Shown here in pieces: positions 48,342 through 60,208 of a stretch of DNA of 64,000 bases. The translations under genes and the position numbers were made by a program. Below the pieces are notes generated by a model. The model did not search any database. It saw only the letters and a list, made by a program, of their open reading frames with translations, and was not told the DNA's origin. The stretch comes from Azolla caroliniana (Eukaryota; Plantae; Polypodiophyta), in assembly GCA_043228905.1 (NCBI GenBank), contig JBHGNT010000004.1, positions 12,524,001 to 12,588,000 on the forward strand, in the 5' to 3' direction. Numbering within the stretch: the stretch's first letter is position 1; the number at the start of each line of letters is the position of its first letter.

Positions 48342-48422
48342 TCTTACATCTAGGCTCTACCCACCAATGATCTACCATTACGCACTCCTTGTCATGATCG
48401 TATGGTCAACATAGAACATGCC

Positions 48423-49368
48423 AAAGGTGGCGGAAGTGCGTGAGCGGGAGAGCTACGGAGAAGCAACCAAGGATCCGAACTAGCAAAAGGCCATGGAGGA
48501 AGAGATGCATGTGCTCATGGAAAATGAGACGAGGGACTTGGCGGACATATCGATCGGTTTCTGACGGCTGTATAAAGGAGTGAAGTCGATCGGTTTCCGA
48601 TGGCTGTATAAAGTTAAATATAATGTCGAAGGCTCCGTTAACCGGTACAAGGCCCGACTAGTGGCCAAGGGCTACACACAACAACATGGCATCGATTACG
48701 ATGAGATGTTCGCGCAGGTCACGAAGATGACGAAGGTTCATGTCTTGCTTGTGGTGGCCACTGCAAAGGGGTGACATTTACATCAAATGGATGTAAAGAA
48801 TGTGTTCCTACAAGGTGAACTTGACGAACAAGTGTACATGGTGCAGCCCAACGGATTTCAGTCCAGAATGAGCACATCGGTTGTATGCCGACTGAAGAAG
48901 TCCCTCTATGGACTAAAGCAAGCCCCGCGTACCTAGAATGCAAAGATCATGCAGTGACTGCGTCGGATGGGGTTTGCCACGTCAATGTCGGACTCCACTT
49001 TTCACCTAGCAAGCTCGGATTGGGCCGGTGAGTCTTTTACTTTATGTTGATGATTTAGTCATCGTCGTCGCCGACTTAGGAGAAATTGGCCGCGTCAAGT
49101 CCCAGCTAGCGGCATCATTCGACATGAAGGACTTGGGGGGCCATCATTACTTTCTTAGGATTGAAGTGATCCACACCCCCGAAGGCATACTAATCAGCCG
49201 ACGGCACTATGTGTTTAGTATGCTCTTCAAGTTCGGAATGACAGAGTGCAAAGCCGCTTCAACTTCTCTATACAGAAATCTGAAGCTTCATCCCAAATCC
49301 GGAACAGCATGCAACCCAAAACGGTTCGACAGATAGTTGAAAGTCTTATCTACTTCACCATCACCCGG
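48423..49368 (+). pseudogene. copia RT fragment
   Basis: [46 protein letters not shown]. Confidence 0.92.
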
Positions 49369-51242
49369 TTGTTGTCTCTTTTTGGCAGTTAGAGCCCTTT
49401 TTTAGAGTTAATCTATCTTTAAATATGTAACTTGTTAGAAAGTACTTATTGGTTCATATAACTGAGTTTTTGTATATTTTTCGATCTTGCACCCACAAGG
49501 CCAATTGAAAATCAAGATGAGTGTATAGTCAAGAAAAATCGTTTGAATAATCAAGGCTTGCCTTTAGAATCTAATCAATGTCATTTGAAAGTACTTATTG
49601 GATACTAGATTTGCTCTTCGGCTCGGGTAAATTATTATAACTTTGTTTGCTATGCCTTTAGAAATCACTATAGTTTATGTTTAGCTAAAACAATCTTCAT
49701 TTTAAATTGTTAATGTGTATTAGATCTACATCTGCATTGAAGCTATTTAGAAATGTAAAAGATAGCATGCGGAAGTTACACATAGACCACAACCGTCTCA
49801 GCCGGATAGCAACAAAAAATAGAAAATGTTGGTTTAATGGAAATCTTGAGAACAATATGTGAGAGAGGGACTGAGAGACAGACTGAGAGAGAGAGAGAGA
49901 GCAGAACACAGAATGTCTATCTAAAAAACTAAACTCAACACTCTGTTTTGTACATCGGATGTGCTTAGAGAGCACTTTTATACAAGTTCTTTAAGAGGAC
50001 TGACACAAGTATCATCAGTACATGAATACTCATAAATGAGCTCCTATACTAACTCCTAAATATATTCCTTCATGGAAAATCTTTCCAACGGCCTTCTGGC
50101 TCCCACCAATCCGACCTTGCCGATCAATCTCCACCCAATCTAGCTCTCGGCTTCTTCAACCGATGCGGCCCAACGTGATCTTGCTCACTCAACACTCCCC
50201 TTCAAGCTCAACTTGAGGTTCTCCTTCACTCAGCATCTGACTCTTCCTAGAATCTCCATGCCTTGCTCACGCTCCTAGTCCGATTTGGTTCTGCGTTCTT
50301 CGACCCCTCTAGTCCTTCACTTTTCGACCCTTTCGGATACGCGCATCTCAACCCTTTTGGTCGGCATGTCTGCTCGTAAGGCCCTTGTCAACTCTCTCAT
50401 TATTGTTGTATTGGAGCTCCTCGACTTGTATCGGCTTCGACTCATTCGAATCACCTTCCTCAATCGAATTGGCTACTTCCAATTCATTTCGGCTCATGTC
50501 TGAATCGGTTGTCTCTAATTCGTCCTCGCTCAAGCCCTTGACCACATCTGCCCATGTCTTGGTCCTAGCCTCTCTACCCTTCTTGGTGTTACCTCCCCAT
50601 TGTTCGGTTGTCTCTGGCTTGGACGTGTTCTTTCGGTTGCTCCCCCCAGACCTGTCTTCGGCTTCTTCAGTCGACCCCAAGTCCAACTCTTCATCCGACT
50701 TGGCTTTCTGGTCTCTTCCACTCCTTTCTCTATTTTCCCCCCTCATGTTCGGCATGTCAAGATGCTACAAAGCCAAGTGCACTCAAGAATTACCACAACT
50801 TGTCCAGGACAAGGGGTTTGGTGAAACATACAACAGTTCAACATCATTGGAAAGGACACGCTCACGGACAAAATGGTAGTGCACCTCAATGTGCTTGGTC
50901 CGGGCGTGGAAGATGGGGTTCTTCACTAATTAGATGCTACTGAGGTTGTCGTAGTGGATCTTCGTCGGATCAGATATCTCCACTTGCAGATCCTTTAATA
51001 AATAGCCTTTTGAGCCATATGGCTTCGCACGTTGCGACAACTGCTCCTCGATACTCTACCTTCGTGCTCTATAGTGCAACTGTCGGCTACTTCTTACTGC
51101 TCAAGGCGATCACAATGCTTCCAAGTGAAAACGCAAAGTCCGATGTAGACCTACAATTGTTGGAGTTTCCGACCCAATCAACATCTGTGTAGCCGACTAA
51201 GTGTTCGGCAGTGTCGGTCCGATACAGCAATCCCCTATGCTT

Positions 51243-51325
51243 TGTCAGGAATAGTACTAAACAGAGAGAGAATTAGTACTAGAGAAGGGAAGTACTATTA
51301 GTACTAAGAGGAAGGGACTACGTAA

Positions 51326-51368
<43 letters not shown>

Positions 51369-54300
51369 AGAGAGAGAGAGAGAAGATGATAACAGATTAT
51401 ATTATAAGAAGAGTAAGTACAAAAGGGCTATGAGGCTAAAGACTAGTGTTGAACCAATTTGGTTCAACATAATGCCTAGTGCCCTCTTTTATAGTGTTCT
51501 CATGAGTAATCTTGAAGCTTCTAGAATGTTCCAAAGAAATCTGGAATATACATTAATTTCCTATAATAAAATGTAAATGAAAATAATATCTTATGTATTA
51601 CAATAGATGATATAATGGTCAAGAGCTCGAACCATATAACCTAAGGTCATGGGTTCGAGTCTTGCCATATCATGACACTATCCCCCTTTTAAAACGACGA
51701 GTGTCACGAGTTGTTTTGGTTGGAGGACCCGGTTTGTGTGGATATTGACGATGGAAGTCTTCAAGAAACGGACGAGCATTGGTCACATTCTCGATCGGTT
51801 CCCTAGTACGTTCGTTGGGACTATAGCCTAGACAATCGACTAGATAGTAGAGCTTGTTGCGAACAATCTTGGAATCAAGGATGACATTACACTTTACATT
51901 TAAATAGGAAATGTAGGAAAGAGAACATATAGTTGAAAAGAAAAGAAAGAATCGTACTCTGGTCCATCTTCAAGCTCGATCGGGGGTGGAGGTTGTGTAT
52001 AATACGTCTTGGGATGGTGCTCTCGTGATAGGGTTCGAGGAGAGAACTATGAAACACCGGATGTATCCGAAGTTGAGGGGGTAGATCGAGACAAAAAGCG
52101 ACATCATTAATCTTTCCGATAATACGGAAAGGACCTAATCGCCGATAATCCAACTTCTCACATGGGCGCATAGTCTTGATGTGTCGTCGTAGCAGCCACA
52201 CCCGATCTCCAATGTGAAAACTAGATGGAAGTTGATGACGATCCGCGTAGACCTTGTGTGTTTGTTGAGCTTGCTGGAGATGAGTAGATAAATCCGCTTG
52301 TATCTTGTGTAACTGCTCCAAACGATCCTCCGCGCAAGGATTTGTGGACACCTCTGGGGTTTCAAGTACACTCCACCGAGGGTGACATCCCGTATAAGCA
52401 TAAAATGGCGTAACTTTAGTCGATGCGTGGATAGAGTTATTATAGGCAAAATCGGCGAAGTGGAGAATATTTGCCCAGTTATCCTGATGATAGCTAAGAA
52501 AGCACCGCAGATACTACTCCAACGTTTGATTTGTTCGCTCGGCTTGGCCGTCGGTTTGTGGGTGGTAGCCGGAGGAGAGGTTACAAGTGACCTTGAGCAT
52601 TTTAAAAAGGTGCTTCCAGAATTTTGACACGAACTGGGGTCCACGATTGCTGACGATACTATCGGGAAGTCCATGATGCCGACATACTTCACGCATGACA
52701 ATTTCGACGGTGTCTTCACTAGAGATTTCCTTAGTACATGGCAAGAAATTAGCCAAATTCGTATATCGATCTACCACTGTTAGAATCGCATTGAACCCCT
52801 TAGAGACTGGAAGATCTGTGATGAAATCTAGAGCAATGGATTGCCATGGCTTGCTTGGAATTGGTATTGGTTCTAATAAACCATATGGATGATGCCTTGG
52901 CCTTTTCACTCTGTAGCATGTATCACAAGTCCGAACAAAATCTTGGACAAATTGTCACATACGGGGCCACCAGAATGATCATTGTACTAAATCTAATGTT
53001 TTAGTACTACCAAAATGCCCAACTGTATATCTATGTGTCATGACAGTTTTGTACTACTCGAAGGCGGCAAGAACCATTATGAACATACAAAAGTTCTTTA
53101 AAGAAGAGTAATCCATCATGGTATTTGAATTGCCGATAGTCCGTACCTGGTGGTTGCGACTGTGAACACGACGCTCGAGAGGGATCAATTTGTGCTAGTA
53201 TAGCTTGGGCGAAAGCATCTGTCTTCAGGTCCGCACATATGATATTGATAACGTGGGAATCCATGGGCATGCCAAAAACCTGTGTTGCTTGCAGTCATGC
53301 CGGTCCCAAGATTACTTGCTTTTGGTTATCAAAAGCTGGCTCGCCGGGACACGGTGTTACATAGGAATGCCGTGATAATGCATCTGCCTTTCCTTGGTGC
53401 TTTCCCGGACGATATGTAATTTTGAAGTCGAAACACGTGAGGAAGTGGACCCACCGAGCTTGACGTCGATTTAACACACGAGCATCCTGAAAGTAGGCAA
53501 GGTTTTTATGGTCACTGAATACAGTGCCTTGATGAGAGGATCCCTCTAAAAAATGCCTCCATTGCATAAACGAGTCCACTATTGCCAATAGCTCCTTATC
53601 ATGAATTTCGTAGTTGATTTCAGCGGCGTCAAACTTGCGTGAGTGAAAAGCCACAGGATGTAGCTTCTCATCATTACCCCGTTGTGATAGAATGCTCCCC
53701 AATACGAAATCCGATGCGTCAGCTTCGATAATGAATGATTTTGCCAGATCGACATGAGCTAGAATTGGAGCCGATGTAAATGCCTTTTTAAGACTCTCGA
53801 AAGCCATATCTACTTCTTGAGACCAAACGATCGATTGTCCTTTCCTGGTAAGCCGTGTGAGAGGCAGAACGAACTTTGAGTAATCTTGTATAAACTTCTG
53901 GTAAAAATTGGCAAAGCCTAAAAAGCATTGCACATCCCGCACCGAGCGTGGAGTCTGCCATTCTACCACCGTCTTGACCTTAGCTAGGTCCATGGAGATG
54001 CCTTCTGATGAAATGACGTAGCCGAGAAACTCCACCTGGTTGCACCCGAAACTACATTTTTCTAGGTTTGCGTAAAGACCATGTTCTCGAAGTCGTTTTA
54101 GTACTAGCAATACATGAGAATCATGCTCTTCTTCGGTCTTTGAATAAACCAGTAGATCATCCAAGTAGATGATTAGACACACATTCAAGAGATCTCGGAA
54201 TATATCATTTGCCATGTGCTGGAAGACTTTTGGCGCATTAGTGAGGCCGAACGGCATGACCGTATACTCGAAGTGCCCATATCTAGTGCGGAACGCGATC

Positions 54301-57046
54301 TTCCATTCATCTCCTGGTCGGATCCGTACGAGGTTATAGGCCCCCTGTAAGTCGATCTTTGTGAAGAACCTGACACCATTGATCCGTTCTAAAAGACTTG
54401 AGATAAGGGGAAGTGCATACCTATTGCGGATTGTAACTTTATTCAAACCACGGTAATCTACCACCAGATGAAGTGAGCCATCCTTTTTCTTGACGAAGAA
54501 AATGGGTGCGCCGGCTGGAGATTTCAAATGTCGAATGAATCCATTCTCCAAATTCTCCTCTATATAGGCTCGAAGGACTTCTAGCTCGGTTGGTGACAAA
54601 TTGTAGATCTGTCCCCATGGTGGCTCTTTCCCCTGTTGTAAATCGATGGGACAATCATATGGTCGATGGTGAGGTAGCGTATTGGCTCGTACTTTATCGA
54701 ATACATCAACATAATGATGATACTTCTTTGGAAGCTGAACGGTGGACTCATCTTTAATAGTGTCAGAGGGTTTTAGTGATATTGCGAAGAGAAACATTTC
54801 TTCCTTGCGTCCTTCTTCCCGCAATTGATGTAGTGAAATGGTGGCAATCTTCTGAGTAGATCCTCGGGTTTGTCGACACTAGATTTGTCTTGTTCTCCAA
54901 TCTATGTCTGGGTTATGTAACTCGAACCATGGTAATCCCAACACGATGGGATGTTCTGGGATACTAATAATGTTAAATGATACTACACATGCTAAGTTAT
55001 CTAGGACAATATTAACGGGTTCTGACTCTTCTATGATATTTCCGGAAGCAATGGGACGACCATCAATGACGACTACAGAGGCTGGACACGGGAGTTTTCT
55101 AAGAGATATCTGATGAGCTTGGGCAAAATTCCTATCCATAAAACAAGAATTAGCTCCGGAGTCTAGAAGTGCTAGGACGTGTACTGGAGGGGTACTTTTA
55201 GTACTAACTGTTACTTGGGCTACGAACACATTGCTAACTTGCTTAGAGGGAATGGAACCACTAATGGGCTCCACAGATCTAGGGCTATCCAACCAAACGG
55301 CTCCTATTTTGGTTGAACTTAGTCGTTTAACTCTTCTTCTAACTGACTAAGGACATCAAATTTGTTCGCTAGATCTAGGCTATTAGTACTATTAGTACTA
55401 TCAGATATCCCTATTGTAATAGGCTCGGGTTTAGTACAATTAGAACTAGCAACTATTTGGTTTACCTGTCTTCTTGGCCTATGGTGACAATTTATTGCAA
55501 TGTGTCCTGGTCCACCGCAGTAGAGACATAGTCGATTTGTTCGGTGTCACTGTTTTTCTTCTTCGGATAATGGCCCTCGATGACGTGTAGTGTCAATCTC
55601 CATCGGAGTCGAAGTATTCACTAGAGTACTCCCTCGGTAAAGGTTTTGCTACCATTGAGGCGTAGGTGGGCTCTGATCTTGCCCTCGGCATCTGTAGCTG
55701 TCGTTCCGAACATTGCTCAAAGAGGCGGTTGTCACATCTCACCGCGCGACTGATTGCTTCTGTTAAGGACTTTGGCTCTTCAGGGAAGGTCAAGAGTAGA
55801 TCCTTGACATCGTTGCGTAAACCATAACGAAATTGCTCCATCAACGCTTGATCATCCCAAGGGATGTCAGCGGCGAGTAGGCGGAAATCTACAACGTATG
55901 CTGAGGCTGGACGGTCTCCTTGGCGTAATCGCCAGATTTTGTTGATTGCGGTCCTTATGCTGTCAGTATCTCCAAAGCATGCTTTAAACTCACCTATAAA
56001 CTCTTCAAAGTTGTTGAGTAATGGAGACTCCTTTTCCAATAGTGGAGTGAACCATGCCAACGTTGAGTCACTTAACAACGTCCCTACTAAACCCACTCGT
56101 GATGTATCGGTAGGATATCGGGAAGGATGCATTTGAATAACTAATCGTACCTGATTAAGGAACCCTCTAAACTGCGATCGTGTTCCATCGAACTTCGTGG
56201 GAAGGCCAATCTTGGGTTCCTTATGAATCCCTTGTGTTCCGGGGCCTTGTTGTTGCATCGCTACGATGGTTGCTTCGAGTTGTTGCATGCGTAATGCAAG
56301 TTCCCCATGTTGTTGTTGCGTTTGCTGCATTTCTAAGGAGATTTGTTGAAGATCCCCCAACAACCATTGATTTTCTTGCTCCAAAGCAAGGAGCTTCTCT
56401 TTCAAGCATTGAAACTCTGAGAAAACATATTGATACTCCTAAGCGCTAACAGTGGCCATGGGATGAAAAGAAAAGAGGAATAAGAGATTAGTATGAAGGG
56501 AGAGAGAAAGAAGGGAAAATTGGTTCAAACTGTCAGGAATAGTACTAAACAGAGAGAGAATTAGTACTAGAGAAGGGAAGTACTATTAGTACTAAGAGGA
56601 AGGGACTACGTAAGACGAGAGAGAGAGAGAGAGAGAGAGAGAAGATGATAACAGATTATATTATAAGAAGAGTAAGTACAAAAGGGCTATGAGGCTAAAG
56701 ATTGGCGTTGAACCAATTTGGTTCAACATAATGCCTAGTGCCCTCTTTTATAGTGTTCTCCGGAGTAATCCTTAAGCTTCTAGAATGTTCCTCTCCCAGC
56801 AAGCAGAGTTGGTGGGCGGGATCTCATTGCATCGAAAGATCAGTCTAATGCGAAGACCGCCCGCCAAAACAAAAACAAAATTGCATGATGCAGCTACTCG
56901 GCAGGCAAAAATGTACATACATTAATTTCCTATAATAAAATGTAAATGAAAATAATATCCTATCTATTACAATAGATGATATAATGGTCAAGAGCTCGAC
57001 CCATATAACCTAAGGTCATGGGTTCGAGTCTTCCCATATCATGACA
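51243..57046 (-). mobile_element. Full-length chromovirus, second subfamily
   Basis: LTRs 51243-51677 and 56531-57046, perfect TSD TGCTT, PPT 51678-51690, gag about 55320-56460, PR 54879-55292. Confidence 0.96.
53295..54824 (-). CDS. Chromovirus RT-RNase H open segment (509 aa) of a disrupted pol
   Basis: [52 protein letters not shown]. Confidence 0.9.
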   Translation of the reverse strand: MREEGRKEEMFLFAISLKPSDTIKDESTVQLPKKYHHYVDVFDKVRANTLPHHRPYDCPIDLQQGKEPPWGQIYNLSPTELEVLRAYIEENLENGFIRHLKSPAGAPIFFVKKKDGSLHLVVDYRGLNKVTIRNRYALPLISSLLERINGVRFFTKIDLQGAYNLVRIRPGDEWKIAFRTRYGHFEYTVMPFGLTNAPKVFQHMANDIFRDLLNVCLIIYLDDLLVYSKTEEEHDSHVLLVLKRLREHGLYANLEKCSFGCNQVEFLGYVISSEGISMDLAKVKTVVEWQTPRSVRDVQCFLGFANFYQKFIQDYSKFVLPLTRLTRKGQSIVWSQEVDMAFESLKKAFTSAPILAHVDLAKSFIIEADASDFVLGSILSQRGNDEKLHPVAFHSRKFDAAEINYEIHDKELLAIVDSFMQWRHFLEGSSHQGTVFSDHKNLAYFQDARVLNRRQARWVHFLTCFDFKITYRPGKHQGKADALSRHSYVTPCPGEPAFDNQKQVILGPA

Positions 57047-57244
57047 TGCTTAGTGTCGTTGACATACTTGAGTATTCATTGTGCGCACCGAAGGTGCTCG
57101 ACGGCCGGGTGCGCCATGAACTAACTAATCAACCCGACCATTAATGAGCTTTTGTTAAATAATATGCGAAACACCCACTAAATAGTGCAGTAAAAACACT
57201 CCAAGCAATTTTTCTAATGGAAAATCCTAGAAAAAAAAGAAACT

Positions 57245-57497
57245 CACTACAAAATATACAATTTATTTAGCAAATCGATAATTTTAATAGTAAAACAAAG
57301 ACTTCCAATACAATTCAATACAATGTATTGAGTTCATGTTGAAAACTCAATTTTTTACATCAACTCGATACAGTGTATCGAGGTCATGTTGAAAATGTTT
57401 CAACATGAACTCGATACAATTTTTCGAGTTCATGTCGAAAAGTTGAGTTTTCATCAAGAACTCGATATAGTATATTGAGTTCATGTGGAAAAATAGA
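57245..57497 (+). mobile_element. Probable CACTA transposon terminus with subterminal repeats
   Basis: CACTACAAAA at 57245, followed by alternating direct and inverted GAGTTCATGTTGAAA / AACTCGATAC motifs. Confidence 0.5.
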
Positions 57498-59304
57498 GAT
57501 GAAGCACCCAAGATGAAACTTGCATGTCCTGGTCGACAATTTGTCCGATCGACACCAAGTTCTTGGTGATTGTCGGAACATGCAAGATATTTCTCATTAT
57601 CCCTTTTTGGCCGACATGGCTCAAAGGGACGTCTTTGATACATTCGATGGGGTGAGGGGTGTCATCGCTAGTTTTGATGACCCCCGGTTGCTACGGCTTT
57701 TGTAGAGTCGAGAACCACTCCTTGTAATTCTTCATGTGGTTCGATGCGCCCAAATCCACATACCACACCTCGTTCGACCTTGAGTTGTTCACCGCCATTG
57801 AGTTGGTTTTGTGCTCTATTACGAAGGTTGGGCCCGTTTCAGCTCGCCCCAAGCTTTCTGCATAGTGTGATCTTTGACCCCTATCTACGCCTCCTAGGCT
57901 CAATCCGGCTTTGTCTGAATTGTCTCACTTTTACCAACACTCGCTCTCTTTGTGACCCTTCCGGTCACAATACCAAAATTCTGCCACGGCCTTTCCTTGC
58001 CAACCTCCGGCGTCGCCTTGACTTCCCCTACTTGTGGGAGGTCCAGAACTCTTGGTGGCATTTCAATTATGCCTCGAGTTCTGCTCCTGTCAGACGCCTC
58101 CATTGCGTGCTGACCTGCCTCGTCCACCACCACGATGGGGCCTCTCTGCCTCCGTGTACACCATCTTGATGTTGATGTGCGTACTCGTCAACACACCAAA
58201 GTGGTTTTCTTCTACGAGCAACATAGATTAAATCTCGAAAAACGAAGGCGTATTTTCCCTTGTGCAAACCGCCATTTGGAATGCTCCGAACTTTGACGCT
58301 AACCCTCTAAGGTAGAATTTCACCATTTCTTCCTCCTCGACGGTCACATTGATGGATGCGAGGGAGTCGCAGATCTTCTTCATTCAGGTTGTATAATCAA
58401 CCACAAACAAATCCCTCTATCGGACATTGTTGAGGTCCTTCCTGAGTTGCAGCTTCTTGGTTGTGGTGCTCACGTGAAAATCTTCTTCAAATTTCCCCAA
58501 GCATTCTTCAGTGTCTTGGCATCCCGGATGTAGCTCAAGAATTGGTCATCCACACAAGATGTGAAATAGTACACAACTCTACTCACCAGTTATTCCAAGG
58601 CCGGAAAGTCCCTATGCAATATGTCCGGTGTTGCATCATTTACTTCCTCGACATAACTCTAGTACCCGTGTCCAAGCAAGTACTGGTGCATCTTGTATGA
58701 CCAAGATGCGTAGTTGCTTTTGTAGAGCTTCTCCATCGGAAGCGAGCTTCCCATACCTATGTCCATTTCTCTTCTGTTTTTCAAAAGAAGGAAAAAATAT
58801 ATATTCCTTGACTCTGTGTTCGAATGTTTTTGTCGGCAGCAAAGGATGTTCTAACCCTCGTGCTCTGGTACCATGTGAAGAGTTGTGTGCGGAAGCTACA
58901 CACAAACCACATCCGGCTCAGCCAGATAGCAACAGAAAACAAAAACGTAGGTTCAATGGAAAGCTGGAAGACAATATGTGTGTGTGAGAGAGAGAGAGCA
59001 GACAACAAAACTTTTTCAATAATGAACACTATACATATACTATGCTCAGTGAGAACTTTTTATACAAGCCCTGACAAGTGGGCTAACACAAGTACGATTA
59101 GTACTTGAATGCTCATAACTGAGCCTTACACTAATTATGCCTACAATATTCCTATTTACTATAATAGGAATATAGGCCCTAAACGGCCTTTCGAAATGCT
59201 TCTGACTTGGCTAACCCGAATCGAACTCTATTCTATTCGACTCTCGACTCTCGACTCTCGGCTTCTTCAGTCGATTCGGCCCATGTTGCAATTGTCTCTC
59301 AACA

Positions 59305-60208
59305 TACTCCCATGCAGAATGGCGTGGCGGAACAGATCAATCGAACAATCCAAGAGAGAATGACGGCAATGCTCTAGCAATCCACACTGAAGCTGGAATT
59401 CTAGGCTGGGGCATTATAGATGATCATCTACTTCATAAATCTATCACCATCGAGAGCAGTGTGGCTCGAAGTGCCACAACCACTATGCTCAAGAAAAATG
59501 CCGACCTACAACAGGCTTCGTATATTCGGATGTGAAGCCTATGGCTTCATACCCGGGGACAAAAGGACCAAGTTGGTTCCCCATTAAGTGTATATTTCTC
59601 GGTTATGGAGCCAATGGGGATTTCGGCTATCAGCTATGGGATCTAGAGAACCGGAAATTAATTTGGAGTAGTGACGTAGTTTTCAATGAAGACTTGATTC
59701 TCTCTAAATGGAACTACGTGAAAATGGTTGGCAAAAATGTCTCTTTTGACATCGACAGAGATGTCGTAGAAGAACCGACCCACCGGGTAGAATCAGAGAT
59801 TTGACAAATAGTGGCAATCAATCGAGCCAACGAATCCCCTACCGACTCCAAATCGGCAAGAGGTCCACTCATCGAATTTGATTCGACTAAGAGATTGATA
59901 GGAGGCGAAAATGAAAGAGTTGACGTGAACAACTCGCCCAAATAAGCTAAGGTGCCAAAAGGCCGCACCGAACCAACGAAGGCACAAATCCCTCTGTCAA
60001 TCGATCCTGAAGGAGGGGAGGATGGCCAAACATTGCCGAAATCCTATTCCAAGGGCGAGTCATCCTACAACACTCCTAACGCTGGTTCAAGAAATACCGA
60101 TCAACCAATAGAGATGATCGACGAATACGAAGCAAAGATTTCGGCACCCAGGAGATCGAGATGAGTTCGACAGTTGACAAAGTTTTATCAATCGGGCCTT
60201 GACTACGT
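59305..60208 (+). pseudogene. copia integrase fragment
   Basis: QNGVAE.INRTI, LRIFGC, KCIFLGYG...FGYQLWD...SSDVVFNE. Confidence 0.88.

Larger units (their letters stand above)
46803..48422 (+). mobile_element. Hammerhead-bearing repeat: end of copy 1 (46803-47208) and copy 2 (47209-48422, right-truncated)
   Basis: Repeats 36339-40241 with only one about 460-bp unit. Confidence 0.7.
49754..59304 (-). mobile_element. Copia element or chimera: 3' LTR 49754-50194, PPT, RNaseH + tail, chromovirus insert, PR-gag 57520-58765, PBS 58862-58873, 5' LTR 58874-59304
   Basis: Both LTRs start TGTTGAG on the minus strand. PBS TGGTACCAGAGC, protease WYVDLGASNHM. The LTRs are clearly diverged and have no TSD. 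Confidence 0.72.

Noticed and set aside
36339-48422. Classical angiosperm-type LTR retrozyme or LTR pair
   Set aside because: No TG..CA ends, PBS, PPT or TSD were found, and the hammerhead is type I. Both outer ends are truncated by other elements, so this cannot be fully excluded.
49754-59304. Intact single copia insertion datable from its LTR pair
   Set aside because: The LTRs are visibly diverged, the flanks (agaaa / tactc) are not a TSD and the interior is discontinuous
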